Shown: piece by piece, positions 14,220 through 28,287 of the stretch
Layout of the letters: every line of letters starts with the position of its first letter
Numbering within the stretch: position 1 is the stretch's first letter
DNA from: Octopus sinensis
Lineage: Eukaryota
Length of the DNA stretch: 64,000 nucleotides
Direction of reading: 5' to 3'
Assembly (NCBI RefSeq): GCF_006345805.1
Contig: NC_042998.1
Coordinates: 154,690,001-154,754,000 of the forward strand
Program-made: the position numbers and the translations under genes
The notes under the pieces: model-generated
The model's database searches: none
The model's input: the letters and a program-made list of their open reading frames with translations, nothing else
What the model was told of the DNA's origin: nothing

Positions 14220-17200
14220 ATAGATAACTATACATAGATTTTTATAAATACAAACAAATATTTTCATTCAAAGGTTTTCATACATAGATTTTTATATGAA
14301 CATGGATATTCCTACAAAAATGTTTATACAGATTTTCAAACATACATAGATTTTTCGTACATACATACATTTTCATACGTACATAGATTTTCATACATAG
14401 ATTTGTATTTTCCTGCATGTATGTATGAAAAGCTATGTAGGAAAATGTATGAATATCTATCTATGAAAATATGTAAGAAATAAATTCTACTTAGTAAAGT
14501 CTGTATGTGTAAAAGCAAATGCATGTATGAATCTGTGTATGTTTAAAAATCAATGTCTAAAATTCTACATTAAAATTCCACCTATGAAAATCTATAAAAT
14601 ATATGTATGTATGAAAATCGAGGTATGTTTGAAATCTAGGTATGTATGAAATCCATTTTCATGCATAGATCTCTATACATACATACTTTTCCATAACTAC
14701 GTACATATCTACATTTCCATATCTGCATACATTTTCATATATCTGCATAATTTCATACATACATACACACATAGATAATTATAAAAATCTATATATAAAA
14801 TACATATATGAAAATGTATGAAAATGTATTTACATGTATGAAAATCCCTGTATAAAAATCAATGTATGAAAATCTATATATGAATATCTAGATATGTAAT
14901 AAAATCTAGATGTGAAAATCTAAGTAATGAATGCATGTTTAAAAATCTACGTATCTGTGGAGAGCAAGATTTAGAGAAATCTACGTATAGATTTTCATAC
15001 CTCGATCCCTATAAATTTTCATAACAGGATTTCATAGATTTTCATAGATTGATTTTTAATTTATTCATACTTAAGTTTTTATATGGAAATATATTTTCAT
15101 CTATTTATGAAAATCTAAGCATGAAAATCTATGCTCTAAAACTATATAAATCCATATATAAAAATGTATGTATGAAAATATCTGAAAATTTTTAGATTTT
15201 CATGCTTTGATACCTATATTTACATACCTATATTTTACTACATTTTCTAGGTATAAAAATTTATATAAGTATAAAAATCTATTTCTTACATCAATGTATG
15301 TATATATGACAATTTTCATACAAAGATTTTCATGCATCCATAGACATTTTCATACAAAATCAATGTACGAAAATCATACATACATAAATGAAAATCTATG
15401 TTTAAAAATCTACGTTTGTATGAAAATCTATATGAATTTCTGACGATTTTTATACATAGATTTTCATGCATAGATTTTGATACTTTGATTTTCATCTATG
15501 TACGTAAATTTGTATGAATATTCCTATACATTCTTACATACATATATTTTTATTCCTAGAATGTATGTATGAATATACATTTTCATACCTAGATTTTAAT
15601 CCATACATAGATTCCATACCTTTTGATACATAGGTTTTTATACGTACGTAATCATACTGCATAGGTATTTTACTGCTTAGGTATAAAAATCTATGTCTTA
15701 AAATCAATGGATGTATGTATGAATATATATGTATGAATTTGCATACTTTCATACATACATAGATAGGTAAAAAAATCTAGGTATGAAAATTCATGTCGTA
15801 TAAAAATCTAGATATACAATTTAATGTAACGTATGCATAAAAATCTATATATGAAAATAATTGTCAAAATCTATATAAAATAATTGTCAAATCTTTATAT
15901 ATATATATGTATATATGAATATCCAGGTACCAAAATCTAGAAAATCTACGTAAGTCAACGTATGTATGACAATTTCATACATATATTTTCATGCATCCAC
16001 AAATTTTTATACATCAAATTTCATAGTTAAATACATATGTACATACATTCTCATACATTGATCCTTATACATTGTCATAACTAGATTTCATACATTAATT
16101 TTCGTACGTTTTCATAGATTTTTATAAATATATAGATTTTCATACGTAGCTATATAAATTTATATATGTGTAAATATCTAGGTATAAAAATCCATGAAAG
16201 TACAAAATCATATCTATGTATAAAAATCTAAGCATGAAAATATATTTATGTTTCAAAACCGATCTATAAAAATCGATATATGTAGGAAAACTATGTATGT
16301 AGGAAAATCTACATAAGTATAAAAATCTATACACCAATGGAATGTATGTATAAAAATTTATCTAGATTTTAAAATCTGAAAATCTATGTAAACCTAGGTA
16401 TTAAACTCAATTTATGCATGACAACTTTCATACATAAATTTTCATGCATCCAGAAATTTTCCTATATCGAATTTCATATTATGATACATATCTACATACA
16501 AGCATGAAAATTCATGTCGTATAAAAATCTAGATATACAATTTAATGTAAATCTATGTATAAAAACGTATGCATATGAATGTATACATTGTCTTAAAATC
16601 ATTATGTATATATGAAAAATCTATGTATGATTATCAAGGCATCAAAATCTAGATATGTAGGAATATCTGTGTGAAAATCTACGTAAGTCAACGTATGTAT
16701 GACAATTTCATACATAGATTTTCATGCATCCATAAATTTTTATACATCAAATTTCATATTTAAATACATATATGTACATACATTCTCATACATTGATCCT
16801 TATACATTTCAAAACCCATCAGCCCTCTATTAGACAAAAAACTCACATTTTCTTCAGACATGAGATGGTGGCATTATTCCTATGTATGACAGAAACTGCA
16901 CTAGTTAAATATATAGATTTTCATGCATAGATAGGTATAAAAATTTATATATGTATAAATATATAGGTATGAAAATCCATGAAAGTACAAAATCATATAT
17001 ATATATATATATGTAGGTATAAAAACTATTATGTAGGAAAACTGTATATGTGGGAAAATCTGTGTGAAAATCTACGTAAGTCAACGTATGTACGACAATT
17101 TCATACATAGATTTTCATGCATCTAGAAATTTTCATACATCGAATTTCATATTATGATAAATATCGACATACAACCATTTTGATGACTAGATCTTTATAC

Positions 17201-20200
17201 ATGCATACATTTCCATACATTGTCATATATTTGCATTCTTTCATACATAGGTATCAAAAATCTATGTATGAAAATCTCGGTATGAAAATTCATGTCGTAT
17301 AAAAATCTAGATATACAATTTAATGTAAATCTATGTATAAAAACGTATGCATATAAATGTATACATTGTCTTAAAATCTTGTCTATGTATATATGAAAAA
17401 TCTATGTATGAATGTCAAGGCATCAAAATCTAGATACGTAAGAAAATCTGTGTGAAAATCTACGTAAGTCAACGTATGTATGACAATTTCATACATATTT
17501 TCATGCATCCATAAATTTTTATACATCAAATTTCATATTTAAATACATACATTCTCATACATTGATCCTTATACATTTTCATAATTAGATTTCATACATT
17601 AATTTTCATACGTTTTCAGATCTTTTATATATATTGTTACCGAACGGACGGAATCACCCGTCGTCGTCTGTCCCGAACGGCTCACACATGTTCCGCCACG
17701 GAACCCAAAGAGGCGGAGAGAGGAGATACAGATAGATACTGCCACAACCTCAACAGAACAGAGATACAGAGGCACATACCGAGATACAACCCAAAGAGGC
17801 AAGGCAACAACTGGCAACACTGGCTTATATTCAACCAATAGTTAATACAACAATTACAATTGTTACAACATCAAGATACATCAAAGCATGTACGTGACTA
17901 CTCAATACATAATACAACAGCATTTCAAGAGTACAACAGTTCTTTAAAGTCTCTTCCTAAACATCACAATCAACAAGTCCTTCTCCTCCTTCACAATGTC
18001 CTTTATCGACCACATCGACAGAGTCCTTGACTGTTCTTTTCAATGTTCAATACACCGTGACACATATCAATGCACAAACACATACCTCAATTCTGCCAGT
18101 GTCCCATTCCTCTCAATACTGCTAATGCCTCTGTATAAAAACTATATATGTAGGAAAACTGTATATGTAGGAAAATCTAAGTGTGAAAATCTACATAAGT
18201 ATATAAATCTGTATATCAAATGAATGTATGTATAAAAATTTATCTAGATTTTAAAATCTGAAAATCTATATAAACCTAGGTATAAAAGTCAATTTATGCA
18301 TGACAACTTTCATACATAGATTTTCATGCATCCAGAAATTTTATATGTATTTTATATGTATGAAAACTATATATGTAGGTATAAAAACTATATATGTAGG
18401 AAAATCTAAGTGTCAAAATCTATATGTATAAAATCTATCTAGATTTTAAAATTTGAAAATCTATGGAAATCTACGTCAATGGAAACTTTCATACGTAGAT
18501 TTTCATTCATACAGAAATATTCATACATTGATTTTCCTATTTTCATAGCTAGATTCCATACCTGAATTTTCATGCGTTTGCATAGGTAGACTTTTATAAC
18601 TATCAAAGTATAAAAATCTTTGAAAGTACAAAAATCAATGTATGAAAATCTATACATGAAAGAAAATCTATTTATATTTAAAAATCTATATATAAAAATC
18701 TACGTAATTCTGAAAATCTACGTATAAAAATCTATGTATAAAAATCTAGGTATGAAAATTCGTCGTATAAAAATCTAGATATACAACTAATATTAAATCT
18801 ATGTATAAAAACGTATGCATAAAAATGTATACATGTATATAAGAAAATAATTGTCTAAAAATCTTGTCGATGTATATATGAAAATCTATGTATGAATATC
18901 AAGGTATCAAAATCTAGATATGTAGGAAAATCTACGTGTGAAAATCTACGAAAGATAAAGTTATGTCTGAAAATTTCATACATAGATTTTCATGCATCCA
19001 TAAATTTTATACATCAAATTTCATATTTAAATACATATATGTACATACATTCTCATACCTTGATCCTTATAAATTGTCATAACTAGATTTCATACATTGA
19101 TTTTCATACGTTTTCATAGATTTTAATACATATATAGATTTTCATACATAGGTATAAAAATTCATATGTGTATAAATATCTAGGTATGAAAATCCATGAA
19201 AGCACAAAATCATATTTATGTATAAAAATCTAAGCATGAAAATCTATTTATCTTTCAAAATCTATATATGTATGAAAACTATATATGTATAAAAGCTATA
19301 AATGCAGGAAAATCTAAGTGTGAAAATCTACATAAGTATAAAAATCTGTATATCAAATGAATGTATGTATAAAAATTTATCTAGATTTTAAAATCTGAAT
19401 TTCTATGTAAACCTAGGTATAAAAGTCAATTTATGCATAACTTTCATACATAGATTTTCATGCATATATAAATTTTCATACATCGATTTTCATATTTAGA
19501 TACATATCTTCATACAAATATTTTCATGCCTAGATCTTTATACATGCATAAAATTGCATATATTTGCATACTTCCATTCATACATAGATAGGTATAAAAA
19601 TTTATATATAGTATGAAAATCCTTGAAAGTACAAAATCATATATATAGATATATGTAGGTATAAAAACTATATATGTAGGAAAATTGTATATGTAGGAAA
19701 ATCAAAGTGTGAAAATCTACATACGTATAAAAATCTGTATATCAAATGAATGTATGTAAAAAAATTTTTCTAGATTTTTAAATCTGAAAATCTATGTAAA
19801 CCTACGTATAAAAGTCAATTTATGCATGAAAACTTTCATACATAGATTTTCATGCATCCAGAAATTTTCATACATCGATTTTCATATCTAAATACTACCA
19901 TTTTCATGCCTAGATCTTTATACATGCATACATTTCCATACATTGTCATATATTTGCATACTTTCATACATACATAGATAGGTGTAAAAATCTATTTATA
20001 ATAATCTAGGTATGAAAATTCGTCGTATAAAAATCTAGATATACAACTAATATTAAATCTATGTATGCATAAAAATCTATACATGTATAAAAAATAATTG
20101 TCTTAAAATCTTGTCTATGTATACATGAAAATCTATCAAGGTATCAAAATCTAGATATGTAGGAAAATCTGCGTGTGAAAATCTACGAAAGTTAAAGTTA

Positions 20201-22340
20201 TATTTGAAAATTTCATACATAGATTTTCATGCATCCATAAATTTTTATACATCAATTTAAATACATATCCTTATTGTGATAACTAGATTTCATATATTGA
20301 TTTTCATACGTTTTCATAGATTTTTATACATATATAGATTTTCATACATAGATAGGTATAAAAATTTGTGTATAAATACCTAGGTATGAAAATCTATAAA
20401 AGTACAAAATTATATATATATATATGTATGAAAACTATATATGTATATATATGAAAACTATATATGTATGAAAACTATATAAGTATAAAAACTAAATATG
20501 CAGGAAAATCTAAGCGTGAAAATCTACATAAGTATAAAAATCTGTATATCAAATGAATGTATGTATAAAAATTTATCTAGATTTTAAAATCTGAAAATCT
20601 AAGTAAACCTACGTATAAAAGTCAATTTATGCATGACATCTTTCATACATAGATTTTCATGCATCCAGAAATTTTCATACATCGATTTTCATATTTAGAT
20701 ACATATGTATGAAATCTAGTTATGACAATGTATAAGGCTCAAGGTATTAGAATGTATGTACATATAGGTATTTAAATATGAAATTTGATGTATAAAAATT
20801 TATGGATGCATGAGAATCTATGTATGAAAGATGTCATGCATAAATTGACTTTTATACGTAGGTTTACATAGATAAAATGGTTGTATGTAGATACATACAG
20901 CCATTTTCAGGACTAGATCTTTATACATGCATACATTGTCATATATTTGCATACTTTCATACATACATAGATAGGTATAAAAATCTATGTATTATAATGA
21001 AAATTCATGTTGTATAAAAAATCTAGATATACAATTTAATGTACAATCTATGTATAAAAACGTATGCATAAAAATCTATACATGTATATAAGAAAAAAAT
21101 TGTCTTAAAATGTTGTCTCTAGATATGTAGGAAAATCTGCGTGTAAAAATCTACGTGTCAACGTATGCATAACAATTTCATACATAGATTTTCATGCATC
21201 CATAAATTTTTATACATCAAATTTCATATTTAAATACCTATATGTACATACATTCTCATACCTTGAGCCTTATACATTGTCATAACTAGATTTCATAGAT
21301 AAATTTTCATACGTTTTCATAGATTTTTATAAATATGTAGATTTTGATACATAGATAGGTATAAAAATTTATATATGTATATAAGGTATGAAAATCCATG
21401 AAAGTACAAAATCATATCTATGTATGAAAATCTATTTACGTTTCAAAACCCATATATAAAAATCGATATATGTATGAAAACTATACATGTAGGAAAACTG
21501 TATATGTAGGAAAATCTCTGTGAAAATCTACATAAATATAAAAATCTGTGTATCAAATGTATAAAAAATCTATCTAGATTTTAAAATCTGAAAATCTATA
21601 TAAACTTCAATTTATGCATGACGACTTTCATATACAGATTTTCATGCATCCCGAAATTTGCAGACATCGATTTTCATATTTAAATACATATCTACATACA
21701 TTTTCATACATTGTCATAGCTAGATTTCATACCAGAATTTTCATACGTTTGCATCGGTAGATTTTTATAATTATCAAAGTACAAAAATGCATGAAAGTAC
21801 CAAAATCTATATATGAAAATCATACATACATGAATGAATATTTATGTTTAAAATCTATATATAAAAATCTACGTATTTCTGAAAGTCTACGTATGTACGT
21901 ATAAAAATCTACGTATAAAACTGTATGTATGATAATTTTACTACATCGATTGCCATACAGTTTTATAGCTTCACCTTCATATATTTTCATAAATATATTC
22001 TATAGATAAATTTCCGTTTTCATACACAAATTATACAACAAATATACATACATAGGCATAAAAATATAAGTATTAAAATCCATGAAAGTACAAAAATCTA
22101 TGTATGAACATCATACATACATGAATGAAAATGTATTTATATTTAAAAATCTATATATGTAAATATATACAAAAATTTATGTATGTATGACAATTTTCAT
22201 ACATAGATCTTCATCTGTGTATGTATAAAATTTAATGTATAAAAATCTGTGTATAAAAGTTTTTAACATTTTCATACATCCATAGATTTCATACCTAAAT
22301 AATCATACATATTTGCATGCATATTTGCATACATACATCT
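14220..22340. repeat. AT-rich complex satellite (interrupted by a unique island ~16810-16900 and an LTR fragment)
   Basis: Same motifs and landmarks (e.g. near 15785 and 16505). Confidence 0.85.
17635..18131. mobile_element. Truncated LTR fragment (duplicate of 784-1280)
   Basis: Essentially identical to 784-1280. Confidence 0.7.
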
Positions 22341-22613
22341 ATGTGCGCATGTATTCAAATTGAATAAGGAGTACATTTTGCAGCCTTATCTTTACTAAAA
22401 TCCAGGAACTTAATTCTCCAACAAAATGCACAGCGAAGTTTTCGACAAACGCTCACGAGGACCCCATGAATATATATATATATATATATATTAATATATG
22501 TTGCAATTAAGGACAACTACTTAATAAGGAAAACTTAACAAGAAATTGTCAGGTAGATAGCGTAAAAACCTCATAAGAGAAAAAATTTCGAAAAAAATTA
22601 TTTCTTATTGAAC

Positions 22614-22870
22614 ATATTAATTTATATATAGAGGGCATAATTATACATACATGCCAGGAGGCATTATATATACCTGCCAAACGCTAAGAGGGACAATCAG
22701 TCATTTCTACCAAAAATATTACTAATCCCACCGAATGCAATAATTGCATTCGGTGGGATTAGTAATATTTTTGGTAGAAATGATTGATTGTCCCTCTTAG
22801 CGTTTGGCAGGTATATATAATGCCTCCTGGCATGTATGTATAATTATGCCCTCTATATATATATTAATAT
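22614..22870. repeat. Palindrome copy 2 (one internal arm mismatch)
   Basis: Centre 22742. The right arm reads tgattgattg where copy 1 has tgactgattg. Confidence 0.95.
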
Positions 22871-22885
22871 ATGTATATATATATG

Positions 22886-22916
<31 letters not shown>

Positions 22917-23006
22917 GTATATATGTATATATATATGTATATATATATATATAATATACGTATATATATATATATAATATATGTAATATATGTATATATA
23001 TTTATG

Positions 23007-23040
<34 letters not shown>

Positions 23041-23075
23041 TAATATATGTATATATATATATATAATATATGTAA

Positions 23076-23108
<33 letters not shown>

Positions 23109-23223
23109 TAATATATTTATATATGTATATATATGTATATATGTATATATATATATGTATATATATTTATATAATATATGTAATATATGTATATATATTT
23201 ACGTATATATATATATATATGTA

Positions 23224-23275
<52 letters not shown>

Positions 23276-23339
23276 TATATATGTATAAATGTTTATATAT
23301 ATATAGATGTTTATGTATATATATACATATATATGGAAA

Positions 23340-24220
23340 AAATTTTGGCGGCAATAGTGTTCAACTGCAACGAGGTCGAGAGAAGTAGAGTGGTAGGGTC
23401 GTGTTGTGCAGGCTTTGGTTCACATAACAATGCCGGACATGTATAGCATCCAAGATGAGCTCGTGTTCCCCGATGAGACACGCCTCGGAGTCGTGGTGTA
23501 TGGAGACCCCCAGTGTGCTGCAAATGCAAACTTGGAGGCCACATTAAGTCTGTCTGTACGCTGACAGAACCACAATAGAGAACGAGAGCACCGTAGTTTC
23601 TTGTTTCTATCTTTGTCTCTCTTTCTGAGGTGTGGTTTCTGCTTTCCTTTTTTTCACAGTGATTTTTGACCTCCCCTTCTCTTTCTCCTTTTCTTCGCCG
23701 CTTGTCGTTTCTGTTGCTCCTTTGGTTCCTGTCGATTCTGTAGTGTTTGCTTTAGGGTTTAGGTTTTTTACTTTTTCTGACGGTGCTGCTTACTGCGGCC
23801 TAGGTTGTCACTCCGCTCTCACGTCCTTTGTCCTGAACCTCATCTCAACCGTTCCGAATTTTCTGCCTTTAGACAATTCTTGATTCTTTTTCATCGACTC
23901 TATAAATGGTTTTCATCGTCGTAGTATACGTTATGTAAATTATCATTCTTTTATCTACTTCCTCTGTCCTCTGGTATTACTTTCACTTCATTACCCTCCT
24001 TTATCAAACATGCTGCATATTTTTGTAGGTGGCTTTTTTCGGTGTTAATTTTTTTATTTTTTGCCCGCAACTTCTGCGAATTTCGCTGGGGCTTCTGTTT
24101 TCAGCGTCACTGCCGGTGATCTTTCTTCACCTGATAAAGGTATACAGCAGATAGGAGTATCCATTTTCGGATGTGGCTCATCAAGCCTTTCACTTGGCTT
24201 TTACAAAAAAATCTGCCTTA
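23340..24220 (-). mobile_element. Duplicate of the LINE remnant at 6510-7410
   Basis: Identical ORF-track peptides (23632-23883, 24061-24294). Confidence 0.55.
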
Positions 24221-26860
24221 GCAAGCCTTTTGTATGTATTTTCAAATTGTTCCACAATAATTGTTTCATACATACGATTTTCATACATACGTAGATTTTC
24301 TTACATAGATTTTTAAACATAAATAGATTTTTATTCATCTATATATGATTTTCATACCTAGATTTTTATACCTATTTATGCATCGTTGTTGTAAATGTTA
24401 AAATTTACGTATCGCTGTATTCTTAAAATTTAAGAAAATGTATGTATGAAAATGCATAAAAATCTATCAATAAAAACGTATAGAAATTTATGTATCAAAT
24501 CTAGTTATGAAATGTATAAAGATCATGGTATGAAAATGTATATAACTTTTCATGTATTCTATACATGCCAGAAAAATCATGTATTAAAATTGTCATACAT
24601 ACATTTTTAAACGAAGATTTCCATACATACATCGACTTTTCAAACCTGGATTTTCATATTGTATACGTAGATTTTCAAACGTAGATTTCATACATACATA
24701 GATTTAATATATAGATTTTTATACTTACGTAGATTTTCATAACTAGATTTTCCTCTACATCTAGATTTTTATACGTACATATTGATACATACATAAGAAT
24801 GTCTACGAAAATATGTTTGAAAATATAATTGTGAAAATGTATGTATGTATAAAAATGCTTGAAAATCTATGTACATAAATTGTCATACATAAAATTTTTT
24901 ACATAACATTCATAGATTTATGTATGTATAAAAATCTATGAATGAAAATCTTTGTAGCAAAATTAATGTATAAAATGTAGATATGAAGTCTATGTATACA
25001 TGCAGATTTTCATACATACGTTGAATTTTATACATACATCGATGAAAATCTAGGTATTAAAATGTACGTATGAATATTTAGGTATGCATGTATGTATTAA
25101 AATCAATGTATAAAAATCGATGTATGTAAATCTATGGTCATACATACATTGATTTTCATACATAGATTTTCAGACAAACAGATTTTTTAGATGTATAATA
25201 TTTATATATGACAGTCTATGCATACATACAGATTTTTATACATTGAATTTTATACATACATAGACGAAAATTTATGTATAAGAATGTATGTATAAAATTC
25301 GATGTTTGAAAATCGATGTATGAACATTGTTATATATACATTGATTTTTCATACACAGATTTATACATTTTTATATATACATTGATTTTCATACGTACAT
25401 AAATTCTGATACGTAGATTTTCATACATATATTTTCATACATACACTTTATACAACTATAGATTTTCATACATTTATCATGAAACATAAATGGATTTTTA
25501 TTTATTGATTTTCATACAGATTTTTATGCAGATTTTCATACAGATTCCTACCTAGATTTTCATACCTTTATATATTTTCATACATATATAGATTTTTAGG
25601 TTCATTCTTTTGGTGTCGAACGGTGACTGCAAGGCGGCGACCACCAAGCATCTTACCAAAATTCATATGCTTCGATTTTCATACATATTACATTTTCATA
25701 CATACATATATTTTCAGAGGTTCATAAATTCATTGAATTTCATACATACATTGGTTTTCGAGCATAGATTTTCATACGTAGAAGATTTATGTATGAAAAT
25801 CTAGATATATATAAAAATCTTTACCTGAAAACGTATGGAAATTAATGTATAAAAATCTTTATATGCATCCAAATCTATGTAGGAAATAGAAAGATTCTTA
25901 TACATTCCTCTGTTTTCATTCATAGATTTTAATACCTAAATTTTAATACATGTAAAGATTTTATATATGTATGTTTGAAAATCAATGTCTTAAAAATTGT
26001 CATACATACCTAGATTTCAAACATACCTGGATTTTCTGTTATTTTTATACGTAGATTTTCATACGTTGAATTTTATACATAAATTTTCATAATTACGTAG
26101 TCTTTTATTTCTAGATTTTCATACGTAGATTTTTAGACATTGATTTTCATGCATACATTGATTTTTATACATATATTTGTTTTTATGCGTACAGATTTTA
26201 ATAAATAGAATTTATTACTTTCATTGATAAAAATCTAGGTATGTATGAATATTTATGTATGAATATGTATGAATATGTATGTATGAATATTTAGCTTTGA
26301 AATCTACGTTTGAAAATTGACATACATTGCTTTTCAGATTTTCACCTGTGTATGAAATTCAACGTATGGAAATCTATGTATGTATGAAAATCAATGAGAT
26401 TATGACAATTTTCATACAATTTTCAAGCATCCATAAATCTATCTATTTCTATATGGAAATCAATGAATTTATGACAATTTTTATACATAGATTTTTCAAG
26501 CATCCCTAAATTTTCATACATCGATTTTTGTACATACATATATTTTCATACTTAGATCTTTATACACACATACATATTCATAACTAGATTTTCATACATA
26601 CATTTTCGTACATAGATTTATATACATTTTCATAAATAGATTTTCATACATTTTCTTACATAGTTTTTCATACATACATGCAGGAAAATCTAAGTATATA
26701 TCTATGTATATATAAAATTCAAAATATGTATGAAAATCTATGTATGATTTTTTTCTATGTACCTATGAAAATCTGTGTATGAAAATCTAGTTATGAAAAT
26801 CTATGTATAAAAATCTGTGTGAAATAATAGTGAAATAATGATCAGCTAGGTACACACATA
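24220..26860. repeat. AT-rich complex satellite
   Basis: Duplicate of 7410-9720 plus an extension. Confidence 0.85.
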
Positions 26861-26879
26861 CATAAATACATTCACATAC

Positions 26880-26924
<45 letters not shown>

Positions 26925-27049
26925 GGAGTAAACACACAAATGTGAAACAAGGTGGAAAACAGAGTAATATGCTTTATTTAAACAGCAGAAAATTGAACAA
27001 AACCTATTACTCTTAGTTTCCTGTTGCCGTTCGTCGGACAGTTTTTGCT

Positions 27050-28039
27050 AGCTGGTGAACACACCAGCATCAGTTGTGATGCGATTTCGGGGGATAAACA
27101 GTTATATATATAATACTATATATATCAACATATTTAAGGGAAGTTTAGATGTTTTTTTTTAGTTATCGCATCATAACCGATGCTGGTGTGTTCACGTCCC
27201 CGTAACTGATGGTTTCAGCAAAACAAGCCGATAGATTAAGTACTATGCCTACAAAGTATAGGTTCTGAGGTCTATGTGGTCGACTGGTGCACGGCCGCAG
27301 TGAAATAACTGAAAATAGTAAAAAATTGTATCTTCTGTTGATGACAAATTTAAGGGAGATAACTAAAAAATATATATCAACATATTTTAGAGTTACTTCC
27401 CTTATCTTAATGAAAAATTTAAGGGAGATTATATAGTTACTTCCCTTATCTATATATATATATATCTATATATACACACACGTTTGTATATCTGTTTATC
27501 CCCCGAACATCGCATCACAACCGACGCTGGTGTGTTCACATCCCCGTAACTGATGGGTTCAGGAAAACAGGCCGATAGATTAAGTACTATGCCTACAAAG
27601 AATAGGTTCTGGGGTCTATTTGGTCGACTGGAGCACGGCCGCAGTGAAATAACGGAAAATAGTAAAAAATTGTATCTTCCGTTACTGACAAATGTAAGGG
27701 AGATAACTAAAGAAAACATCTTTAAGAGTTACTTCCCTTGTATACTTATATATATATATATATACACACACGTTTGTATATCTGTTTAACCCCCGAATAT
27801 CGCATCACAACCGACGCTGGTGTGTTCACGTCCCCGTAACTGATGGGTTCAATAAAACAAGCCGATAGATTAAGTACTATGCCTACAAAGAATAGGTTTT
27901 GGTCGACTGGAGCACGGCCGCAGTGAAATAACGGAAAATAGTAAAAAATTGTATCTTCTGTAAGGGAGATAACTAAAGAAAACATCGTTCGGCAAGATAG
28001 CTGAGACATCGGGGGATAAACATATATATATATATCTTT

Positions 28040-28091
<52 letters not shown>

Positions 28092-28270
28092 ATATATATA
28101 TATAAAGATAAGGGAAGTAACTCTAAAAGAAATTTTTTTAGTAATCTCCCTTAAATTAAAATTAAAGAATAGGGTCTGTGATGGCCGCAGTGAAATAACT
28201 GAAGACGTTAAAAAATTGTATCTTCTGTTGATGACAAATTTAAGGGAGATAACTAAAAAATATCTTCTAG
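27050..28270 (+). mobile_element. Tandem array of at least 3 headless SINE 3'-domain units
   Basis: Units at ~27166, ~27505 and ~27797, separated by aagggagataactaa...agagttacttccctt linkers. Confidence 0.8.
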
Positions 28271-28287
28271 AGTCACTTATATGCACA

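Noticed and set aside
27010-27045. Hammerhead-like ccgacgaacggcaacaggaaac on the minus strand
   Set aside because: The core and stem II are too degenerate to support a call.
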